A DNA stretch of 45,229 nt from Acidobacteriota bacterium (GCA_046331425.1 JAXLQU010000031.1:1-45229), one strand, 5' to 3'; shown: positions 8,933-18,981, numbered from the stretch's first letter. Numbers and translations: made by a program. Notes: generated by a model not told the origin, from the sequence alone.

Positions 8933-9841
8933 CTAGGACCGAGTGGTGCTTGGATCGGTCCGGCCCAGTCGACGTTCGATTGCGCGCGCGAAGCGGCCAG
9001 GCGCGAGAGGGTGCTGAGCCAGGAACATCAGCGGCTCGAACACCTCGAGTTCCATCAACAAGAACTGCCCATCACGAATCACTCCATCGACGCGCGCATA
9101 GACCGGCAGTCCGGGAGTGGCAGCGATGCACGCGCGCGCTCCTTCGATCCACTCGGCTTGCACATCGACAGTTTCCGTCGTTCCTCCGAACTGGAACTGC
9201 ACGCGGTAGTCTCCCTCCTTGGGGCGCTTACAGATCGCGTGACTGAAGACACCATCGAAGAACAGCAGCGACAGCTCTCCCTCGCTCAGAATCTCGGGCA
9301 GGAACGGTTGGATCAAGAGGCCGCGATCTACCAGTGTCCGCGTGATGTCATCGCGATATCGATCGGCCTCGTCGAGTCGAAACCGGTGCGTGCCGTATGC
9401 TCCACCCGAGATCGTCGGCTTGACCACGATCTCCTCCCAGCCCTGTGCACGCGCGAGCGCGACGATGTCGGGGCGCTCGCCTTGCTGAACGACGATCGTG
9501 GGGACCAGCGAGACACCCGCCGCCGCCAGATCCTGGAGGTAACGCTTGTCGAAGTTCCAATCGAGTATTTCGCCCGCGTTGCACAGGCATACGCCGCTCG
9601 CGATTCGGGCTTGGAGCCAGGCGCGAAACTCCATGACACGCGCGAAGTAGTCCCACGGCGAACGAATCACCAGCGCATCGAACGCAAGCCAGTCGACGCT
9701 GGCGTCGCTCCAGATGGTGGGGCGAGAGTCGATCCCGATCTCGTCGAGCGCCGATACCAGCAGCAGATCGTCCTCATAGAGGTGCGGCAAGGCTTCACTG
9801 GTCACAAGCGCTACGCGCGGTCTTGCATTTGGTTTCTGCAT
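8933..9841 (-). CDS. ATP-grasp domain protein (RimK/glutathione-synthetase-like ligase)
   Basis: The 311-aa ORF has the ATP-grasp core (...EIVVKPTISGGAYGTHRF..., DGVIRDGQFLLMELEVFEP). Start set at Met10 (MQKPN) behind GGAGAG. Confidence 0.6.
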   Translation of the reverse strand: MQKPNARPRVALVTSEALPHLYEDDLLLVSALDEIGIDSRPTIWSDASVDWLAFDALVIRSPWDYFARVMEFRAWLQARIASGVCLCNAGEILDWNFDKRYLQDLAAAGVSLVPTIVVQQGERPDIVALARAQGWEEIVVKPTISGGAYGTHRFRLDEADRYRDDITRTLVDRGLLIQPFLPEILSEGELSLLFFDGVFSHAICKRPKEGDYRVQFQFGGTTETVDVQAEWIEGARACIAATPGLPVYARVDGVIRDGQFLLMELEVFEPLMFLAQHPLAPGRFARAIERRLGRTDPSTTRS

Positions 9842-10710
9842 CGATCTCTCCATCGTGACCGGGGCCACCGAGGCCGAGCCTGTTGACTAGGCTGGCGATC
9901 GAACGGCTCCGCTGACTGCGATAGTAGGCGACTTCTTGCTCGCTGGGAGAAGTTGGCGCTTGACCCCCTTGCGACAACGGCGCTGGATCGGCCGCTCGGA
10001 ACAGATGATCTACTAGCATCACCCTCGTTCAGCGCTGCACAGCGAGAGACCTCCCGCCGCAGATTCGCAGGGAGCAGTTCCACTGAGACTCATCAAGCCG
10101 GACACCTTCGGCCATGAGATCCTTACTGCTGCAGCCACTACTCCGAGCTTTCACGCCGAGTGATCACCCGCTCCGCGCAGAAATCGACCAGCTTCGACCC
10201 GACTGGCGCGGCCTTAAGGATCCGCGCAACGTGCGGTCAAATTCGTCGCTGCGCAGGCTTGACACTCTCGCCGCCGCAGAGGATCCTCAACGGCCATGCG
10301 TCGCCGCGCACAGTCTCCCGTCGTTATTGCCCTGCTCTTGGGTGTGATGACACATGCGCTGATCTCGACGCTTCCGCATTGGCACACCCGCAGCTCCGAA
10401 ACGACGATGATCGAACGGCGCGATCTCGATCACGACGTTATTCCGGTGCGGTGCGTGCTGTGTGAGACGGGCCCCGTTCCGGTCGCGACGCTCGCCGCAC
10501 CCCCGTTGGTGCTCCCGATCGCAACGACTGCGGGGCAACCGGTCGTCGTTGCCCTGACTGTCGCCGCGCGCCGGCTGTCCCAACTCCCGATTCGTGGTCC
10601 ACCGCTCGGCTGACCTTCTTCGTCACTGAGAACATCAATGCGAGGCTGCACGCCAGCGGTATGCGGCTTCGCGTTTCGTGGGCGCACCGCGCCTACTCGG
10701 GAGACCAGCC

Positions 10711-12915
10711 ATGAAGTCACGATGTCGCGTGATGGCGTCCGCCATTCTCGCGTTCTGTTTGATCGCCGTATCGTCGTTTGCCGCCGACTCCACGGGAGCC
10801 ATTTCCGGGAAGGTCATTGGGCCCGGAGGTGAGCCGGCCACCGATGCTCGGATCGCACTCGCCAGCCTACGCAAGCGCTTGACCGTCGACGCGCAAGGGA
10901 CGTTCAACGTCGACAACGTGCCACCGGGAGAGTACCTGCTCGAGGCGACGAGCCCTCGCCTCGGATCCAAGGTTACGCGCGTCACGGTAGTGAGCGGTCA
11001 GACAACCGAAGTAACGATCGAAGTCGACGTGAGTATCCACCGCGAAGAGGTTACGGTTACTGCCAGCGTCGAAGCGCGGACCGCTGACGAGGTCGCCTCC
11101 CCTGTTTCGGTGCTGAGCGGTCATGAACTGCAATCGAGCTTGCAGGCGACGCTCGGCGAGACACTCAACAAACTGACTGGCGTGAACAGCACGTTCTACG
11201 GTCAGGGCGCGAGCCGGCCCGTGATCCGCGGGCTGGGCGGCGATCGAATTGCCGTGCTTCAAGACGGACTCAACGCCGGCGACGTTTCGACGACCAGCCC
11301 GGATCACGCCGTGACAATCGAGACCATGGCAGTCGAAAGAGTCGAGGTCTTGCGTGGCCCGGCGACGCTGCTATATGGGAGCAGCGCGGTTGGCGGTGCG
11401 GTGAACGTGATCGATGACACCATTCCCGCCCTGCTGCCATCCAAGCGACTCGAGGGGTTTGTAGATCTGGGCTATGGCTCCAACTCGGAGGACCAGCACG
11501 GTTCACTCTCGCTGGCCGGCGGAGCAGGGCCGCTTGCGTGGCATCTGCACGGCTCCAACCGCGATACGGGCAACTACAGTGCCGGCGACGGAGTCGAGGT
11601 CGCCAACAGTCTTGTCAAGGTCGACGACAAGGTTGCCGGCCTTTCATGGGTCGGAAAGCGTGGCTTCATTGGAGCGTCGATAGGGCGGTTTGACTCGAAC
11701 TACGGCAACCCCGCCGAGGAGATCGTCACGATCGACATGCAGCGCACCCGCTACGAGCTACGCGCAGAGATCGCAAACCCATTCGCTGGTTTGCGAACAC
11801 TGCGCCTGCGCGCCGGCAAAGTCGACTACCAGCACACCGAGTTCGAAGGCAGCGAAGCAGGAACCACCTTCACCAGCGACGGGTGGGAGGCCCGCGTCGA
11901 CGCGGCGCACCAGCCCTGGGGCCCTCTCCGCGGTTCGTTCGGTCTGCAGATCGGAAGCACCGACCTGGTGGCGGTCGGCGCCGAGGGGTTCATCCCCTTC
12001 ACGAAAACCGACGAACTCGCTGCCTTCCTGGTAGAAGAGGTTCCTCGCGGCACGATGACCTGGCAGTTCGGCGGGCGCTACGAACAGCGTAATCACGATT
12101 CGCGCGCAAACGGCGGCACGTCACGTGACCTATCGGGCGCCTCGGCCTCTGCCGGCTTGGTCATCAAACCCAACGACAATTGGAGTTATGGGCTGTCATT
12201 GGCTCGGTCGAGCAAACTGCCGAATGCCGAAGAGTTGTTCAGCAACGGCCCGCATGCCGCGACAGGCCAGTTCGAGATTGGCGATGTAAGCCTCGATGAC
12301 GAGACCAGCATTGGCGCCGACTTCACGGTACGCAAGCTGACCGGCCGGGTCACTGGCGAAGCCAGCCTCTTCTACAACAGGTTCACCGACTTCATCTACG
12401 AGCGGCCGACGGGCGAGTTTGCCGAGATCGAAATCGACGGAGAGATCGAGGAGTTGCCGATCGTGCAGTTTTCCAGTGACGATGCGACGTTCCTTGGCGC
12501 AGAGATTCATAGCGACATCGCTTTGTGGCATACCGAGCCTCACCACCTCTCGCTCGAACTTACGGCCGACTACGTCCGTGCCGAGCTCGATCGCGGCGGC
12601 AATCCCCCCCGCATCCCGCCGATGCGCTGCAGCGCGGGTTTGCACTATGCAGGCACGCACTGGTGGGTCCAAGGCGAGGTCCGTCGCACATTCAAACAAA
12701 GCAGAAACGCAAGCTACGAAACGCCTACCGCTGGTTTCACCTTTTTCAATACCAGCGTCGGCTACCGGTTCTTCTTGGGTGAGACGGTGCACGATCTATT
12801 GCTCCGCGCCTCGAACCTTGCCGACACACTCGGACGCAATCACACCTCGTTTCTCAAGGATGTCGCACCGCTGCCGGGCCGCGACGTCTCGCTCAGCTAT
12901 CGGGTTACATTCTAG
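10711..12915 (+). CDS. TonB-dependent outer-membrane receptor with N-terminal carboxypeptidase-regulatory-like (CarbopepD_reg) domain (Oar-like)
   Basis: Signal peptide MKSRCRVMASAILAFCLIAVSSFA. CarbopepD_reg domain: SGKVIGPGGEP...GEYLLEAT. Plug domain: RPVIRGLGGDRIAVLQDGLN...VEVLRGPATLLYGSSAVGGAVNVI. C-terminal barrel ends ...SLSYRVTF with a terminal Phe. RBS GGGAGA upstream. Confidence 0.85.
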   Translation: MKSRCRVMASAILAFCLIAVSSFAADSTGAISGKVIGPGGEPATDARIALASLRKRLTVDAQGTFNVDNVPPGEYLLEATSPRLGSKVTRVTVVSGQTTEVTIEVDVSIHREEVTVTASVEARTADEVASPVSVLSGHELQSSLQATLGETLNKLTGVNSTFYGQGASRPVIRGLGGDRIAVLQDGLNAGDVSTTSPDHAVTIETMAVERVEVLRGPATLLYGSSAVGGAVNVIDDTIPALLPSKRLEGFVDLGYGSNSEDQHGSLSLAGGAGPLAWHLHGSNRDTGNYSAGDGVEVANSLVKVDDKVAGLSWVGKRGFIGASIGRFDSNYGNPAEEIVTIDMQRTRYELRAEIANPFAGLRTLRLRAGKVDYQHTEFEGSEAGTTFTSDGWEARVDAAHQPWGPLRGSFGLQIGSTDLVAVGAEGFIPFTKTDELAAFLVEEVPRGTMTWQFGGRYEQRNHDSRANGGTSRDLSGASASAGLVIKPNDNWSYGLSLARSSKLPNAEELFSNGPHAATGQFEIGDVSLDDETSIGADFTVRKLTGRVTGEASLFYNRFTDFIYERPTGEFAEIEIDGEIEELPIVQFSSDDATFLGAEIHSDIALWHTEPHHLSLELTADYVRAELDRGGNPPRIPPMRCSAGLHYAGTHWWVQGEVRRTFKQSRNASYETPTAGFTFFNTSVGYRFFLGETVHDLLLRASNLADTLGRNHTSFLKDVAPLPGRDVSLSYRVTF

Positions 12916-12984
12916 GAGACCGCTCCTCGCAGAGTTCTTGCGCGTGACGGCAGCGGGCCATCTACACCGCGAAATCGGCGGGAT

Positions 12985-13016
12985 CTTGCCAAACGCGCCG
13001 CCCTGGCAAGCGCCAG
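12985..13016. terminator. GC-rich perfect hairpin (13-bp stem GCGCCGCCCTGGC / GCCAGGGCGGCGC, 4-nt loop) between convergent genes
   Basis: Inverted repeat seen in gcgccgccctggcaagcgccagggcggcgc. No T-tract, so it would be an intrinsic-like or attenuating hairpin typical of high-GC genomes. Coordinates are approximate. Confidence 0.4.
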
Positions 13017-13067
13017 GGCGGCGCTGCCGCTTGGCTCGCGGCGAGTAGTAGTCCTCAGGGACCTCGT

Positions 13068-13093
13068 CGCATCGAGCGCACTCACATGCGCTC
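13068..13093. terminator. Second hairpin (10-bp stem ATCGAGCGCA / TGCGCTCGAT, 6-nt loop) in the same convergent intergenic region
   Basis: atcgagcgcactcacatgcgctcgat is a perfect inverted repeat. Coordinates are approximate. Confidence 0.3.
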
Positions 13094-13131
13094 GATGCCA
13101 CCTCAACTCGGCCAAGACCACACCGCTACCG

Positions 13132-15030
13132 TTACGGCGCGGGGTTCCCCTCTGGGCTATCGGGCGGTCGACGCGACGCTGAATCGCTCGAGGCGGATCC
13201 ACTGCCGGTTCCTGCCCCGCGTCCCTTCATGCTGTCGTGCACCATGTTGGCGAGCAGCACGCTGACGATCGAGTTCCCGCCCCCATCGCCGCCGCCACCG
13301 GCGATGATGTCGGGCACCAACTTCTGCCCGCTCCCGGCCAACGCTCTTGCGATCTCGACGCTGGCGAAGTTGCCCGATTGCATCGAGTCGATCTTCAGCC
13401 GGATGACATCGGCCTCGGCGGTTCCCACCGCCTTGGTCTTTTCGGCTTCGGCGCGTCCGACGGTGAGCACCACGTTGGCATCGGCAGCGGCATTGATGGT
13501 CTTCGATTGCGCGTCACCCTCGGCCGACGCGATCTTGGCTTGTGCCGTGAAGCCTGCAATCGTCACGCTTCGTTCGGCGTCGACGACGCGCGGTTGCGTG
13601 TCGGCCAGTGCCTTGGCTTGTGCCAGTTCCTTGCGGGTGTCTTCCGCCAAACGCTGCGTTTCGAAGGTGATCTTCTGCTGTTCGGCGAGCTTGCGGTCGG
13701 TTAGCGTGGTCATCAGTTGCGCCGGTGGTGTGATGTCACCGATCAGCGTGTCGACCGCGCCGACGTTGTATTCGGCAAGCGCCGCCATGATCCGATGCTT
13801 GGCATCGTCCTGCCGCTTCTGACGCTCTTTCAAGAAGTCGATCACATCCGACCCTTGCGCCGCATTGCGGAAGTAGTTGCCGATCGTCGGCTCCAGCACC
13901 TGGGTAACAAGGTTGAGCATGCTGCCGAAGCGCGCGATCACCTTGGGCGCATCGTTGCGCGGAATGTGAATGATTTGACTCACGTCGAGGTTGAATGTGA
14001 ATCCGTCGGAAGAGCGAACCGTGATCGTGGAGAGGTTCTTGTCGAGCAGATGCGCTTCCGTTTTTCCCGTCGCCCAATTGAGCACCACGTTGGCGGTCGG
14101 CACCAGTTCAACCTTGTGCGTAAAGGAATTGATCGGGTACTTGCCAGGGTCGAGCGGGTCGACGCACACGCCCTTCTCCCCTTTGCTTACCAGGTTGCCG
14201 TGCTTGAATGACTCGCCGGTGACGTCGATCCCCTTCTTACCGACATACGCAATCACCACACCGACGTGCGCGATCGGCACATCGGTCATCGGCTTGGTCT
14301 CGACGGTCGCGAAGCGGGGGTTGATGAAATAGCGGCCGGCCAACAGCACCGCTTCCTGCAACCCCTTGTTACCGCCGGCATCGATGAAGGCCTGCGCGTC
14401 TTGGTAGCTGTTGTGCCCCATTACTTCCGGGCCTGCGATCTCTCCGTCGCCGGTGTTGAGTGGCTTGCCTTCGCGCGTCGTCACGATCCCGACCATGTTG
14501 TCTTCGATCTCGGTCACCGGTTCCGGCACGACCGAGAACAGCGCGGTGTTGATGCGGTACGTTCCAGGCGGGATGATCGCCAACTGCGGGCCTCGCTCGC
14601 CGCCACCCGTTAGAAACTGCCGCGCGTTCTGGAACGAATCGCAGGGCACCTGCTTGCCGAGCACGCGACCGTGCGACAGCGAGTGACCGTCGCGCGCTTC
14701 CACGACGCCGATGAACCCTTCGTTGACGTCGGTGAACTTCTGTCGCGTGACGTCATACTGCCAGGGCCAAAGCATGAAGTGCACACCGGGCGCCAACGTG
14801 TCGGCTTGAAAGCCAGCCTCGCCGTTGAGCGCAATGATCGCGCCGTCGGGAAGCGTGCGGTTCTTTCCGAACACGACCCACTTCTTGTTGACGATTCCAA
14901 TCGAGTCTTCGGGGATGATCACCACGCCGAACATCCGCAGCACCAGCTTGTAGCTGACCAGCAGCAGCAAGAACGCGACAATGGCGATCGCCCACCAAAA
15001 GTGCAGAACCAAGTACAGAACGTTGTTCAT
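13132..15030 (-). CDS. Flotillin-like SPFH/Band-7 family membrane protein (YqiK/FloT-like)
   Basis: N-terminal TM (LYLVLHFWWAIAIVAFLLLLVSY), then an SPFH domain, then a flotillin Ala/Glu-rich coiled coil (AEAEKTKAVGTAEADVIRLK) and a Gly/Ser-rich tail. Start at Met47 behind GAGGGGG. The ORF track begins at 15168. Confidence 0.85.
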   Translation of the reverse strand: MNNVLYLVLHFWWAIAIVAFLLLLVSYKLVLRMFGVVIIPEDSIGIVNKKWVVFGKNRTLPDGAIIALNGEAGFQADTLAPGVHFMLWPWQYDVTRQKFTDVNEGFIGVVEARDGHSLSHGRVLGKQVPCDSFQNARQFLTGGGERGPQLAIIPPGTYRINTALFSVVPEPVTEIEDNMVGIVTTREGKPLNTGDGEIAGPEVMGHNSYQDAQAFIDAGGNKGLQEAVLLAGRYFINPRFATVETKPMTDVPIAHVGVVIAYVGKKGIDVTGESFKHGNLVSKGEKGVCVDPLDPGKYPINSFTHKVELVPTANVVLNWATGKTEAHLLDKNLSTITVRSSDGFTFNLDVSQIIHIPRNDAPKVIARFGSMLNLVTQVLEPTIGNYFRNAAQGSDVIDFLKERQKRQDDAKHRIMAALAEYNVGAVDTLIGDITPPAQLMTTLTDRKLAEQQKITFETQRLAEDTRKELAQAKALADTQPRVVDAERSVTIAGFTAQAKIASAEGDAQSKTINAAADANVVLTVGRAEAEKTKAVGTAEADVIRLKIDSMQSGNFASVEIARALAGSGQKLVPDIIAGGGGDGGGNSIVSVLLANMVHDSMKGRGAGTGSGSASSDSASRRPPDSPEGNPAP

Positions 15031-15480
15031 CGCAAAACCCCCTCTGTGACGGTCGGTGCTGGCCTGCGAGACTGTTATCACTCGGTCCACGGCCGGCCGC
15101 GATCCGGCCCGGATTCTGGGTGAATCGGTCTCGCTTTGGGAATGACCTAGTCGCTGAGCGATCTTCAAACACCACTATACGGTTGACGGGACGTCGTTAA
15201 GGTGGGGCGGTTGGGTACTCCTTACCCGTCTCACGACCGGACTGTCACTCGTTGGCCATCTCTGCTCGTCCCGCTCCGGCCCATCCGCGCGGGCTTGCAA
15301 CCGGCGCCCAGGGGCTTTCCTTCCGGGTCGCAGCAGGGATGACCGAACGGTGCAACACCAACTTGATCGCTCTCTCGAACAGGCCTTCAGTCGCGTGATA
15401 CCTCTGGCCGAGTCGCGCATCACAACCGTCGTGGTTGCAACGGGCATCACAGCCTCGACGGCAACTCGGAGGTTTCGTTC

Positions 15481-17139
15481 ATGCACACTGGCTTTCGACA
15501 AAGCTCCTTGCTGCTGCTTTCCAATCAACGCCCACGGCGAATTGTGCTCGGCACATGGCTCGCCGCTTGTTCATTGCTCTCTCTCTCCTCCTCCTTCTCC
15601 GCGCCGGATCCCCCCTCCGGCATCCCCGACGCGATCGTCGACCTGGCCACATCGCAAGGTGTGAGCCAGGTCGGCGGCGCGTGGCGGTATGCGGATGCTC
15701 AGGTGGTGGACGTTGATTTCCGCGCGGCTGGGCCCGATCGCAAACCGAGCGGCGCCCCGAATCGAACCTACGACATCGCGCCGCATGCAGGCGGCGTGGA
15801 ATTCGATGATCGCGCTTGGCAAGTGCTCGACCCGCCCAACTTCGAGTCGCGACGCGGCAATGGGCGCGTCTCGTTCGCTTGGTTGCGCCTGAATCTGAGA
15901 ATCCCGGAGAAAGTTGGCGACTTCGTCACAGCCGGTTCCACCGCCGTGTTCGAAATCACCGTCGACGATTACGCCGAGGTCTGGCTCGATGGAAAGCTGC
16001 CGCGCGAGTTGGGGCAAAGCGGCGGCTCGATGATCGCCGGTTTCAACGTGCCCAACCGCTTGCAGGTTTCCGCGCGTGTGAAGCCGGGCGAGTCGCATCA
16101 GCTTGCCGTGTTCGCGATCAACGGCCCGATCAGCGATCCGCCCGCCAACTACATTTGGGTTCGTTCGGCGAAGCTGTTGTTCTACCGCACGCCTCGTGCG
16201 ATCGCACCGCGTGCTGTTCCGGTCGACGTGGTGCGGCTGGACCCCGCAGTCGACAGCATCGTTCCCAGGGACGCGACGCTCGAGAAGATCGCCGAAGGGT
16301 TTGCCTTCACCGAAGGGCCTGTTTGGGCCAAGGACGGGTCGCTGCTTTTCTCCGACCCCAACGAGAATCGAATCTACCGCTGGACCCCCAACGCACCGTT
16401 GACGGTCTTTCGCGACAAGAGTGGCTACGACGGCGCCGACATCGCCGAGTACGGTCAGCCCGGCAGCAACGGGTTGACCTTCGACAAGCAGGGAAGACTG
16501 ACGATCGATGAACATGGGCGACGCCGTGTCACGCGACTGGAGCCTGACGGTCGACTGACGGTGCTTGCCGATCGCTTCGAGGGCAAGCGTCTCAACAGCC
16601 CGAACGACTTGGTGTATCGCAGCGATGGCGCTTTGTACTTCACCGACCCGCCGTTCGGGTTGCCGAAGTTCCACGACGACCCTCGCCGCGAATTGCCTGA
16701 CTTCGACCTGTTTCTTTTGAAGGACGGCGTGCTTCAGAAGGTGGTCAGCGATCTGCGCGGACCCAATGGTTTGGCCTTTTCACCTGATGAGAAATATCTT
16801 TACGTCACCAATTGGGACGATACGAAGAAGTGGGTCACACGCTACCCGGTCGACGCCGATGGCACGCTCGGCAAAGGCTCGGTCTTCTTCGATATGGCCG
16901 CTGCTCCAGAAGCGGAAGCGCTCGACGGCATCAAGCTCGACAAACAAGGGCATCTGTTTGTCTCGGGACCAGGCGGTGTCTGGGTGATCAGCGCCGAGGG
17001 GAAACATCTCGGCACGATCAGAGGCCCGGAAGCGCCCGCCAACTTTGCTTGGGGCGATAGCGACGGCCGCACGCTGTACATGACCGCGCGCACCGGGCTG
17101 TACCGGATGCGCTTGTCCGTAACAGGTATTCGACCCTGA
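15481..17139 (+). CDS. SMP-30/gluconolactonase/LRE-like beta-propeller lipoprotein with extra N-terminal beta-sandwich domain
   Basis: Lipobox LAAC after RRIVLGTW. The C-terminal 300 aa show FTEGPVWAKDGSLLFSD, NGLAFSPDEKYLYVT and GIKLDKQGHLFVS (SGL six-bladed propeller). The N-terminal ~230 aa form a galactose-binding-like region. RBS GGAGG upstream. Confidence 0.75.
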   Translation: MHTGFRQSSLLLLSNQRPRRIVLGTWLAACSLLSLSSSFSAPDPPSGIPDAIVDLATSQGVSQVGGAWRYADAQVVDVDFRAAGPDRKPSGAPNRTYDIAPHAGGVEFDDRAWQVLDPPNFESRRGNGRVSFAWLRLNLRIPEKVGDFVTAGSTAVFEITVDDYAEVWLDGKLPRELGQSGGSMIAGFNVPNRLQVSARVKPGESHQLAVFAINGPISDPPANYIWVRSAKLLFYRTPRAIAPRAVPVDVVRLDPAVDSIVPRDATLEKIAEGFAFTEGPVWAKDGSLLFSDPNENRIYRWTPNAPLTVFRDKSGYDGADIAEYGQPGSNGLTFDKQGRLTIDEHGRRRVTRLEPDGRLTVLADRFEGKRLNSPNDLVYRSDGALYFTDPPFGLPKFHDDPRRELPDFDLFLLKDGVLQKVVSDLRGPNGLAFSPDEKYLYVTNWDDTKKWVTRYPVDADGTLGKGSVFFDMAAAPEAEALDGIKLDKQGHLFVSGPGGVWVISAEGKHLGTIRGPEAPANFAWGDSDGRTLYMTARTGLYRMRLSVTGIRP

Positions 17140-17164
17140 CGACCGCACGACATACGGAGAACTT

Positions 17165-18019
17165 ATGCGCACTCGACTGGCTGTACTCGCTGTGCTCGCC
17201 ACCCTAGCGTCCTCCGCCTGGGCGCAGATTGGCGAGAAGAAAGTCCTCTCGCTCGAGGCTGCCAAGCAGGTGGTTGCTGCGGCGGTCCGCGAGGCCAACA
17301 AGGACAATCACACCGCTGCAATCGCGATTGTCGACGACGGCGGCAACCTGATGTTGCTCGAACGGCTCGACAACACATTCGCTGCCGGGCCGTTGATCTC
17401 GTATGGCAAGGCGCGCACCTCGGCGCTTTTCAAGAAGCCGACGCGCGTCTTCGAGGAGATCATCAAGAACGGCCGCACGCCGATGGTGGCACTCAACGAC
17501 TTCACCCCGCTGCAAGGCGGCGTACCGCTCGAGATCGATGGCCAGATCGTGGGGGCCATCGGCGTCTCCGGCGCGGCCAGCGCACAGCGCGATGAAGAGG
17601 TGGCACTCGCGGGAGCAGCCGCACTGGCAACCGTCCCGAAGAACGTAAGCGTCCCGGCAGTGGAGTACTTCGAGCGCAAAGCAGTCTCGGCGGCATTTGC
17701 CAAAGGCCAGCCGTTGCTCGAAGTCAGCGACTACAAGGTGCATGCGAGCCATCGCGACAAGGCCGGCCTGGCGGAGGTCCACGCACGTGAGACCGATGTG
17801 ATCTACGTGGTCGATGGGCAGGCGACGTTCGTTACCGGCGGGACGGTTGTTGAAGCCAAAGAGACGGCGCCGTTCGAAACACGGGGCCGCGGCATCGATG
17901 GCGGTGACGTACGCAAGCTTGCCAAAGGAGATGTGGTGGTGGTTCCCAATGGAACGCCGCATTGGTTTCGTGACGTCAACGGCGCGTTCGACTACTTCGT
18001 CGTCAAGGTGATCGACTGA
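17165..18019 (+). CDS. Secreted GlcG/HbpS-like (DUF336) heme-binding domain fused to a C-terminal cupin domain
   Basis: Signal peptide MRTRLAVLAVLATLASSAWA. DUF336 region: AAIAIVDDGGNLMLLERLD...GVPLEIDGQIVGAIGVSGAASAQRDEEVA. Cupin region: VIYVVDGQATFVTGG...GDVVVVPNGTPHWF. Confidence 0.7.
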   Translation: MRTRLAVLAVLATLASSAWAQIGEKKVLSLEAAKQVVAAAVREANKDNHTAAIAIVDDGGNLMLLERLDNTFAAGPLISYGKARTSALFKKPTRVFEEIIKNGRTPMVALNDFTPLQGGVPLEIDGQIVGAIGVSGAASAQRDEEVALAGAAALATVPKNVSVPAVEYFERKAVSAAFAKGQPLLEVSDYKVHASHRDKAGLAEVHARETDVIYVVDGQATFVTGGTVVEAKETAPFETRGRGIDGGDVRKLAKGDVVVVPNGTPHWFRDVNGAFDYFVVKVID

Positions 18020-18063
18020 ACCCACACCGCGCCTCGCTACGGTACTGCTCCGATTCGCGCTCC

Positions 18064-18093
18064 GAGCCCGCCGCCGGCGGGCTTTTTCTTTGT
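18064..18093 (+). terminator. Rho-independent terminator (GCCCGCCGCCGGCGGGC hairpin followed by TTTTTCTTT)
   Basis: Read directly, 45 nt after the stop of the GlcG-cupin gene. It separates that gene from the DUF692 gene. Coordinates are +/-2. Confidence 0.55.
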
Positions 18094-18129
18094 CTGAAAC
18101 GGGGCGCGCTCGCGCTGCATCCAACCGGC

Positions 18130-18981
18130 ATGAAACAGCACACCATTACCGGCGCAGGAATCGGTTTGCGAAAAGAGCACCACGACACGGTGCTCGCAGA
18201 AAAACCACCGGTCGCCTGGTTCGAAGTGATCTCCGAGAACTTCATGGTCGACGGCGGCAAGCCGATCCAGGTTCTAGACCGTGTGCGACGCGACTACCCG
18301 GTGGTGATGCACGGCGTGTCGTTGTCGATCGGCTCCGATGATCCACTCGACAAAGACTACCTGCGCAAACTCGGGCAGCTCGAAAAGTGGCTGCAACCGT
18401 CACTGGTTTCCGATCACTTGTGCTGGACTTCAGCCGGCGGCCACAACAGCCACGACTTGCTTCCGCTGCCGCGCACCGAAGCGACGCTGCACCGTGTGGT
18501 CGAGAAGATCGGCCAAGTGCAAGACCTGCTCGGCAGGCAATTGCTGCTCGAGAACATCTCCAGTTACCTCGAGTTTCAGCAGTCGACCTTGGGCGAAGCC
18601 GAATTCTTGGCCGAGGTCGCTGTGCGTGCCGACTGTTTGATACTGCTGGACGTCAACAATCTCTACGTCAACACCCGCAATCATGGCTTGGATCCGTTCA
18701 CCTACATGAACTGGCTTCCGGCGGAACGGGTTGCGCAGTTCCACCTGGCGGGCCATCAGGATCTCGGCGATGTCGTGATCGACACTCACGATGGCCCAGT
18801 CTGCACCGATGTGTGGGACCTGTATCGGCGCGCCGTACGGCGCTTCGGCGCAGCACCGACACTGATCGAATGGGACGCCAACATTCCACCGCTTCAGACC
18901 GTGCTGGCTGAAGCACACCGCGCCGATGCCGCCGCTCGCGAAGCGCTGATGGAGCTCAACCATGTGCAGCGCATTGCCTAA
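18130..18981 (+). CDS. bufB: DUF692 family (MbnB/BufB-like, TIM-barrel di-iron) RiPP-modifying enzyme
   Basis: Hallmark DUF692 blocks: GIGLR..H, WFEVISENFM, YPVVMHGVSLSIGS, VSDHLCWT, HDLLPLP.TE and LLLENISSYL. Confidence 0.85.
   Translation: MKQHTITGAGIGLRKEHHDTVLAEKPPVAWFEVISENFMVDGGKPIQVLDRVRRDYPVVMHGVSLSIGSDDPLDKDYLRKLGQLEKWLQPSLVSDHLCWTSAGGHNSHDLLPLPRTEATLHRVVEKIGQVQDLLGRQLLLENISSYLEFQQSTLGEAEFLAEVAVRADCLILLDVNNLYVNTRNHGLDPFTYMNWLPAERVAQFHLAGHQDLGDVVIDTHDGPVCTDVWDLYRRAVRRFGAAPTLIEWDANIPPLQTVLAEAHRADAAAREALMELNHVQRIA

Noticed and set aside
10296-10613. 105-aa ORF with signal-peptide-like N-terminus in the TonB-receptor leader
   Set aside because: Third-codon-position GC is well below that of neighbouring genes. 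There is no RBS and no motif. It is kept only as a note in the leader-region finding.
15571-18124. Minus-strand ORFs 15571..16674 and 17204..18124 (367 and 306 aa)
   Set aside because: They are antisense to the gluconolactonase and GlcG-cupin genes, which carry clear domain signatures. The compositions are Arg/Pro-rich.
18040-18129. TGAAAC...N16...CATCC as an ECF-type promoter for the buf cluster
   Set aside because: It is too close to the ATG and matches no specific ECF consensus confidently. It is left as something to test, not called as a feature.
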